From contig NZ_MPKA01000054.1 in NCBI RefSeq assembly GCF_001945605.1, forward strand, positions 1-32,000: 32,000 nt of DNA, read 5' to 3'. Origin of the DNA: Dubosiella newyorkensis (GTDB lineage Bacteria > Bacillota_I > Bacilli_A > Erysipelotrichales > Erysipelotrichaceae). The stretch's first letter is position 1. Every line of letters starts with the position of its first letter. Under the pieces are notes generated by a model. That model did not search any database. It was not told the origin of the DNA and worked only from the letters and a program-made list of their open reading frames with translations. The position numbers were made by a program, and so were the translations under genes. Shown here piece after piece: positions 26,315 through 32,000 of the stretch.

Positions 26315-26581
26315 ATGAAAGCGGTAATTACAGTAGTCGGAAGCGATCGAGTGGGCATTTTAGCTATGATCGCCAATGCGTGCGCAAAATATGATGTAAA
26401 TGTGTTAGATGTTTCGCAAACGATCGTCGATGGCATCTTTACGATGACGATGATCACCGATTGTTCAAAAGTCAAAGACTTTGGATCGTTTGCCTCTTTT
26501 ATGGAAAAGCTTGGACAAGAAAATTCTTTGATCGTGCGCGTCATGAACCAAAATATCTTTGACGCGATGCATACGGTGTAA
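26315..26581 (+). CDS. ACT domain protein, UPF0237 family
   Basis: 88 aa beginning MKAVITVVGSDRVGILA.. RBS AGGAGG. Confidence 0.85.
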   Translation: MKAVITVVGSDRVGILAMIANACAKYDVNVLDVSQTIVDGIFTMTMITDCSKVKDFGSFASFMEKLGQENSLIVRVMNQNIFDAMHTV

Positions 26582-26584
26582 GCT

Positions 26585-27940
26585 ATGCAGACACAACAAA
26601 TCTTAGAGACGATCAAGATGATCGACGAAGACTATTTAGATATTCGCACGATCACGATCGGTATTTCTTTGTTGGATTGCATCGATCCGGACATCCATGC
26701 TTCTTGTCGAAAAGTCGAAGAAAAAATTTGCCGGATCGCCAAAGATCTCGTGCCTGTTGCCGAAGAGATCTCAAGAACGTATGGTATCCCGATCGTCAAC
26801 AAACGCGTATCTGTGACGCCGATCTCGCTTTTGTGTTCCGCTACGCAAGGAGATCCGATCGAATATGCTCTGACATTAGAACGTTGCGCACAAAAGTTAG
26901 GTGTCGATTTTATTGGCGGTTATTCGGCATTGGTGCAAAAAGGATATACAGAAGGGGATCGGCGCTTGATTCGTTCGATCCCGCAAGCCCTCAAACAAAC
27001 GAGTCATGTATGCTCGAGCGTCAATATCGGTTCGACCAAAGCAGGCATCAACATGAATGCGGTCAAAGAAATGGGCCAGATCATCCGTGATTGTGCTGAG
27101 CTTACAAAAGATGATAATTGTCTTGGGGCCGCAAAGCTGGTCGTTTTCTGCAATGCCCCAGAAGATAATCCATTTATGGCGGGTGCTTTTCATGGAGTTG
27201 GAGAAGCGGATTGTGTGATCAATGTCGGTGTCTCTGGTCCAGGAGTTGTGCGTGCAGCGCTTGCGAAAGCGTCAAAAACAGCGCCAATGGATGAGTTGGC
27301 GGATCTGATCAAGCGGACCGCGTTCAAGATCACTCGAATGGGTCAAATGGTTGGCGTCTTAGCCAGCGAAAAACTAGGGATCCCTTTTGGGATCGTGGAT
27401 CTTTCTTTAGCGCCTACTCCAGCTATTGGGGATTCAGTAGCCCACATTTTAGAAGAGATGGGACTCTCGACATGTGGAGCCTATGGAACGACCGCTTGTT
27501 TGGCGATGCTCAATGACGCGGTAAAAAAAGGCGGCGTCATGGCTACAAGTCATGTAGGTGGTCTTTCAGGTGCGTTCATTCCCGTTTCAGAGGATGCAGG
27601 TATGATCGATGCGGCTCGTTCTGGTGTTCTCAATCTTGAAAAGCTGGAAGCGATGACGGCTGTCTGCTCGGTCGGTCTTGATATGATCATCATTCCAGGC
27701 GATACTCCGGCCTCGATCATTTCTGGTATCATTGCCGATGAAGCGGCGATCGGTATGGTCAACTCGAAAACAACGGCGGTCCGTTTGATTCCGGCTGTCG
27801 GGAAAAAAGTGGGCGAAGAGCTCAACTTTGGCGGATTACTGGGCCATGGTCCGATCATGAAGGTCAATATGGCAAGCAATGAAATCATGATCGATCGTGG
27901 CGGCCGGATCCCAGCACCTCTGCAGTCTTTGAAAAACTAA
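26585..27940 (+). CDS. UPF0210 (DUF711, PFL-like) family protein
   Basis: 451 aa. The N-terminus ..[27 protein letters not shown] is typical of UPF0210, and it forms the conserved pair with UPF0237. Confidence 0.88.
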   Translation: MQTQQILETIKMIDEDYLDIRTITIGISLLDCIDPDIHASCRKVEEKICRIAKDLVPVAEEISRTYGIPIVNKRVSVTPISLLCSATQGDPIEYALTLERCAQKLGVDFIGGYSALVQKGYTEGDRRLIRSIPQALKQTSHVCSSVNIGSTKAGINMNAVKEMGQIIRDCAELTKDDNCLGAAKLVVFCNAPEDNPFMAGAFHGVGEADCVINVGVSGPGVVRAALAKASKTAPMDELADLIKRTAFKITRMGQMVGVLASEKLGIPFGIVDLSLAPTPAIGDSVAHILEEMGLSTCGAYGTTACLAMLNDAVKKGGVMATSHVGGLSGAFIPVSEDAGMIDAARSGVLNLEKLEAMTAVCSVGLDMIIIPGDTPASIISGIIADEAAIGMVNSKTTAVRLIPAVGKKVGEELNFGGLLGHGPIMKVNMASNEIMIDRGGRIPAPLQSLKN

Positions 27941-27948
27941 ATTTAAGG

Positions 27949-27977
27949 TTTACATTCCAAACACATCTGTTTATAAT
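27949..27977 (+). promoter_or_regulatory. Promoter of the T-box leader
   Basis: TTTACA (27949-27954), 17 nt, TATAAT (27972-27977). Confidence 0.65.
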
Positions 27978-27992
27978 GTTTCCATAAAACAA

Positions 27993-28217
27993 AGAAAAGA
28001 AGTAGTACAGGCGGAGCGGTTGTTAGAGAAGTGACGGTTGGTGCAAGTCATTGAACTTTACGTTTGGAACGTGTCTTGGAGTTGCATAGTCGATGGATAC
28101 GGAGGCTATGATCGTGAATTCGCGTTAAGAATGAGATGTCATCCATATCGAGTGGATGGAAGTTTGGTGGTACCGCGTAATGTTTACGTCCTTTCGTTTC
28201 GAGGGGACGTTTTTTTG
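27993..28217 (+). promoter_or_regulatory. T-box riboswitch leader, specifier read as CGU (Arg), with intrinsic terminator
   Basis: Stem I has AGUAGUA (28001-28007), the AG bulge AGAGAAG (28025-28031) and the distal loop GGUUGGUGCAA. The specifier loop is GAA-CGU-G (28067-28073). The T-box motif AAGUUUGGUGGUACCGCG is at 28160-28177. The terminator has a 10-bp stem (28186-28210) plus T7. Confidence 0.85.
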
Positions 28218-28246
28218 TGCCTGTATCGCAGAAAAGGAGAAGGAAT

Positions 28247-29029
28247 ATGAATAAACTTTTAAAAATTGGTGCTGCGGCCATGCTTGCCGCTGCAACTTTA
28301 GTGGGATGCTCATCTTCGAAAAGCTCAGAAGGATCGGAAGAAAAACCGCAAGAGATCTTGATCGGTATTTCTCCAGACTATATGCCTTATGAAGGTTTGG
28401 ATGAAGATGGAAAACTCGAAGGATTCGATATCGACATGACCAAATGGTTGTTCGATTATATGAACGAGAATGGTCACAATTACTCGTATGAGTTTAAGGA
28501 GCTTTCGTTCGATACGATCATTACGGCCCTTCAATCTGACCAGATCGATCTAGGAATTTCTGGTTTCACATACGATGAGGAACGGGAAGGCTTGTTCTCC
28601 GATTCTTATTATGATTCTGCACAAGTCATGGTCGTCAATGCGGATTCCGATATTCAATCATCGAAAGATCTGAACGGAAAACTTGTCGGCGCTCAGCAAG
28701 GCGCGACAGGCGAGGATGTTGCCAACGATATTGAGGGAGCTGAAGTCCAAGCGATGCAAGATGTAAAAGTATTGATGGAATCTTTAAAAGCAAAAGGTTT
28801 GGATGCGGTCGTGATCGACCAAGCGGTTGCGGACAATTATGCGGTCAATGGCGATTATAAAGTATTGGATGAAAAACTTCTGGATGAAGAGAATATCATC
28901 TATACGACAGAGAAGCACAAAGACTTATTGGATGACATCAATAAAGCAATCGAAGCATTCAAAGCGAGCGATGATTATCAAACACTCGTAAAGAAGTGGT
29001 TTGGCGCTTCTGGAGAAGTCAGTGAATAA
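28247..29029 (+). CDS. Amino-acid ABC transporter substrate-binding lipoprotein
   Basis: Lipobox LVGC after MNKLLKIGAAAMLAAAT. Family 3 SBP pattern (GFDIDM, GISGFT). ATG at 28247 follows AAGGAGAAGG. Confidence 0.9.
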   Translation: MNKLLKIGAAAMLAAATLVGCSSSKSSEGSEEKPQEILIGISPDYMPYEGLDEDGKLEGFDIDMTKWLFDYMNENGHNYSYEFKELSFDTIITALQSDQIDLGISGFTYDEEREGLFSDSYYDSAQVMVVNADSDIQSSKDLNGKLVGAQQGATGEDVANDIEGAEVQAMQDVKVLMESLKAKGLDAVVIDQAVADNYAVNGDYKVLDEKLLDEENIIYTTEKHKDLLDDINKAIEAFKASDDYQTLVKKWFGASGEVSE

Positions 29030-29693
29030 GGTTTTCTCCCCCGAAAATATTGAATTTTTGCTCAAAGGTGCCGGCGTAAGTATTGCGCTGGCCTTTGGTG
29101 CTTTAGTGATCGGGGCACTGATCGGCGTGATCGTGGCGGCCGGTAAATTATCGAAAGTCAAGATCTTGAATTGGTTGTCGAATATATATGTAGAACTTTT
29201 TCGCGGAACGCCAATGCTGTTGCAAATCCTCTTCTTTTATTTAGGAGTACCTGTCCTTATTTCGATGGTCACTGGAGCTAGAGTTCGAATGAATGTCTAT
29301 GTCGTCGCGCTTGTCGCCCTTTCTTTGAATTCGGGCGCCTATCAAACGGAATTGATCCGTTCAGGGATCCAAGGCGTGGATAAAGGACAATGGGAAGCAT
29401 GTGAAACGTTAGGGATTTCCTATTGGACGATGATGAAAGAAGTCATCTTGCCACAAGCGTTCAAACGCATCGTGCCGCCATTGGTTTCAGAATTCATCAC
29501 GCTGATCAAAGATTCGTCTTTAGCATCTGTAATCGGAACCGGAGAGTTGATGTATCGAACACAAGCGTTAGGTGCCCGCTATTACAACTACTTATATCCG
29601 CTGTTGATAGCGACAGTATTTTATTTAGTGATGACACTTTGTGTATCTTGGATCGGCAAGAAAATAGAAAAGAGGTTAGCGGTCAGTGATTAG
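29022..29693 (+). CDS. Amino-acid ABC transporter permease (His/Glu/Gln/Arg/opine family)
   Basis: EAA-type loop ..[30 protein letters not shown]... GTG at 29022 follows GGAG at 5 nt. TTG at 29001 is the alternative start. Confidence 0.85.
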   Translation: MNKVFSPENIEFLLKGAGVSIALAFGALVIGALIGVIVAAGKLSKVKILNWLSNIYVELFRGTPMLLQILFFYLGVPVLISMVTGARVRMNVYVVALVALSLNSGAYQTELIRSGIQGVDKGQWEACETLGISYWTMMKEVILPQAFKRIVPPLVSEFITLIKDSSLASVIGTGELMYRTQALGARYYNYLYPLLIATVFYLVMTLCVSWIGKKIEKRLAVSD

Positions 29694-30417
29694 AGCAGAA
29701 CATATTTCAAAAAGCTTTGGGAAGCTGCATGCCCTCAATGACGTATCCCTCAATGTAGAAAAAGGAGAAGTTGTTTGTTTGATCGGACCTTCTGGTTCGG
29801 GAAAATCAACGTTTTTACGTTGCATCCATGGACTAGAGATCCCGGATTCAGGAAGTCGATATTTGGATGGTGAATTGATGGATCCAAACGACAAGAAAAA
29901 ATACGGCGAACAAAGAGAACGTATGGGATTCGTATTCCAGCATTTTAATTTATTTCCAAATAAGACGGTGTTGGACAATTGTACTTTAGCGCAGCAGTCG
30001 GTTTTAAAACGAACAAAAGAAGAAGCCGAACAAGTGGCTTTAGAATATTTAAAAAAGGTAGGTCTTCTTGATAAAAAGGATTCATATCCTAATGCGTTAT
30101 CAGGAGGTCAAAAGCAGCGTGTGGCGATCGCGAGAGCCTTGTGCATGAATCCGGAAATCATGTTGTTCGATGAACCGACTTCAGCGCTTGATCCTGAAAT
30201 GATCAAAGAGGTGCTTGAAGTCATGAAAGATCTCGCTTCTCAAGGGATGACGATGATCGTAGTGACTCACGAGATGGGGTTTGCCCGCAAAGTTGGAAGC
30301 AAAGTCGTATTCTTAGAGGCTGGAAAGGTGGTCGAAGAATCCGATTCCGAATCATTCTTTACGAACCCGAAAAGCGATCGTGCTAAAGACTTTTTAAGCA
30401 AGGTATTCTATGAATGA
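29686..30417 (+). CDS. Amino-acid ABC transporter ATP-binding protein
   Basis: Walker [10 protein letters not shown], signature [15 protein letters not shown], Walker [12 protein letters not shown]. The GTG start overlaps the permease stop. Confidence 0.92.
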   Translation: MIRAEHISKSFGKLHALNDVSLNVEKGEVVCLIGPSGSGKSTFLRCIHGLEIPDSGSRYLDGELMDPNDKKKYGEQRERMGFVFQHFNLFPNKTVLDNCTLAQQSVLKRTKEEAEQVALEYLKKVGLLDKKDSYPNALSGGQKQRVAIARALCMNPEIMLFDEPTSALDPEMIKEVLEVMKDLASQGMTMIVVTHEMGFARKVGSKVVFLEAGKVVEESDSESFFTNPKSDRAKDFLSKVFYE

Positions 30418-31508
30418 AGCTGAAGGATTTTTATTGTGAACAATGGATGACGGCGTATGAGAAAGAGGCTGTCTACAATATGACGGATACTTCTTTTTCG
30501 GCGCTCTCTTTCCATGATCTCTTTGATTCAAAGAGTTTAGAGGAATTTGATCCTTTGCTGGATTATGGAGAGATCACAGGAGATCGAGGTTTGAAAAAGG
30601 AGATCGAGCGGCTATATACAACGAACGATCGCGCTTTGACCTTCTGTCATGGGGCTTTGGAAGGAAATGAACATGTCATGAGCACCCTTCTCGAGCCGGG
30701 GGATCATGTGATCGCTTTTCGGCCCGGCTATCAGCAATTTTATGAGTATCCGCGTTCGCTTGGTTGCACAGTGGATGTGCTGGATTATGAAGAAGAAAAT
30801 GGCTGGAAGCTTCCTTTTGATGCGATCGAGAACACGATTTGCGAAAAGACGAAGATGATCGTTTTGGCAAGTCCTGCCAATCCAACAGGAACGACGCTTA
30901 CTTTAAAAGAATGGGAGCGACTGATCGAATTATGCAAGTCGCATTCTATTTATATTTTGTGCGATGAAGTCTATCGTGGATTGATGCAGACACCTTCTGT
31001 TTCTGATCTTTATGAGTACGGGATTTCGACAGGTTCGTTGTCGAAGGTCTATGCTCTTCCTGGCTTGCGTTTTGGGTGGATCCGCGCTCGAGAAAGTGTG
31101 ATCGATAAGATCAATATTCGGCGAGATTATACGTTTATTTCGACTGGGCCTTTGGTCGACGGCTTGGCTAAAAGGGCATTTGGAAAGAAAGATTGGATCT
31201 TGAAGCGGAGTTGGGCGCTTCTTGCGGAAAATAGGAAGATCTTAGCGGAGTGGCTGGCTTTTGATCCTCGTTTTTCGATTCGACTGTACGAAGAATCTCC
31301 GGTTGCCTTTTTGAAGTATGATTTTGATTGGCTATCAAAAACGTTTTGTCTGCAAGCTCTCAAGGAAGCGGGAATCTTTTTTGTGCCAGGCAGCTGTTTT
31401 GGCTGCGAATATCATGTGCGGCTAGGTTTAGGAAGAGAGAGCGATTCCTTTAAAAAGGGCTTATACCAATTATCGCATTGGCTTGATGAAACGTTGAAAA
31501 AGACATAA
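30414..31508 (+). CDS. Class I/II PLP-dependent aminotransferase
   Basis: 364 aa with the [15 protein letters not shown] lysine motif and ANPTGT. ATGA overlap with the ATPase gene. Confidence 0.85.
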   Translation: MKLKDFYCEQWMTAYEKEAVYNMTDTSFSALSFHDLFDSKSLEEFDPLLDYGEITGDRGLKKEIERLYTTNDRALTFCHGALEGNEHVMSTLLEPGDHVIAFRPGYQQFYEYPRSLGCTVDVLDYEEENGWKLPFDAIENTICEKTKMIVLASPANPTGTTLTLKEWERLIELCKSHSIYILCDEVYRGLMQTPSVSDLYEYGISTGSLSKVYALPGLRFGWIRARESVIDKINIRRDYTFISTGPLVDGLAKRAFGKKDWILKRSWALLAENRKILAEWLAFDPRFSIRLYEESPVAFLKYDFDWLSKTFCLQALKEAGIFFVPGSCFGCEYHVRLGLGRESDSFKKGLYQLSHWLDETLKKT

Positions 31509-31544
31509 ATTATATGATATTATGTGTTTACAAGGGGTGTTGAG

Positions 31545-32000
31545 ATGAAAAAGGGTTTCTTAATTTTGTGTGCTTTGTGCTTGTGTGGCTGTACACGAAT
31601 CAACAAAGCGCCGTCTGCAGAAAAGGTAGAGAAAAAACAAGAAGAGGAATTGACTCAGCATACTTTGGAATGTATAAAGGATTCGGATTCGATGTCATTT
31701 GTTGCGGTGGGGGATATGCTTCAACAACAAACACAAGTGTTCTATATGACGTATGAGGATCTAGGAATCAACGAAGGATTGAACCATGATGATTTACTGA
31801 AGGCGATCAACGAGAAGCTCGCTCAATCCTATGGTGCTTTACAAGGTGTGGATGTGGTGAGCTCACTGGAAGATAATCGAGTAAAAGTTACAGTGAGTAT
31901 CGACTACAACCAAGCAAATATTCAAGCTTTGATCGATGCGGGACTGCTTCATGAGGGTGAAGTGGAAACAAAATACGTGAGTTTAGGTAAAACGCAAAAG
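31545..32000 (+). CDS. DUF1307 (YehR-like) lipoprotein, 3'-partial at the window edge
   Basis: MKKGFLILCALCLCGC lipobox, then ..VSIDYNQANIQALIDAGLL..KYVSLGKTQK as in DUF1307. The frame stays open to the last base. It is absent from the ORF track because no stop lies within the window. Confidence 0.7.
   Translation, partial: MKKGFLILCALCLCGCTRINKAPSAEKVEKKQEEELTQHTLECIKDSDSMSFVAVGDMLQQQTQVFYMTYEDLGINEGLNHDDLLKAINEKLAQSYGALQGVDVVSSLEDNRVKVTVSIDYNQANIQALIDAGLLHEGEVETKYVSLGKTQK

Noticed and set aside
28053-28058. Alternative T-box specifier GAA-CUU (Leu)
   Set aside because: This GAA-CUU lies immediately below the distal stem and opposite the AG bulge. That is not the specifier-loop position when compared with the glyQS Stem I layout, where GAA-CGU-G at 28067-28073 fits.

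Overview
Chromosomal segment of a Bacillota (Firmicutes)-type bacterium: about 45% GC by eye, T-box and THF riboswitch leaders, many extended -10 (TGnTATAAT) promoters, and an ECF FolT transporter. The left ~8 kb is mosaic. An IS21-family element (istA/istB) has inserted into an HNH-nuclease gene inside an AT-rich islet. Next come a YbaK-like deacylase gene and a GTPase-DUF697 fusion gene. They are followed by two tandem, complete tRNA-Ile(GAU)/tRNA-Ala(UGC) transcription units that bracket a small ribbon-helix-helix gene. After these come a DUF2871 membrane protein, a C-terminal fragment of a large serine recombinase, and an orphan terminator. The core block (8.1-19 kb, + strand) is a cell-envelope and DNA-repair neighbourhood. 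Its order is ftsX-like paralog, coiled-coil M23 peptidase, ftsE, ftsX, S41 C-terminal processing protease, a membrane-anchored hypothetical and uvrB. A convergent ung follows, then folC and a YihY/BrkB-family membrane protein. The minus strand at 19-22.4 kb carries a SauUSI-like PLD-nuclease/SF2-helicase/DUF3427 protein translationally coupled to a MutT/NudG-type Nudix hydrolase. A TetR gene broken at an A9 run lies divergently upstream of this pair. The right third holds an MBL-fold hydrolase, folT behind a THF riboswitch, pta, and a hypothetical + ACT (UPF0237) + UPF0210 operon. It ends with a T-box (specifier read as CGU, Arg) controlling an amino-acid ABC transporter plus a class I/II aminotransferase, then a partial DUF1307 lipoprotein gene. 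No CRISPR array and no rRNA gene were seen. Across native genes the tetranucleotide GATC is strikingly over-represented. All calls rest on reading motifs and structure by eye; no searches were run.
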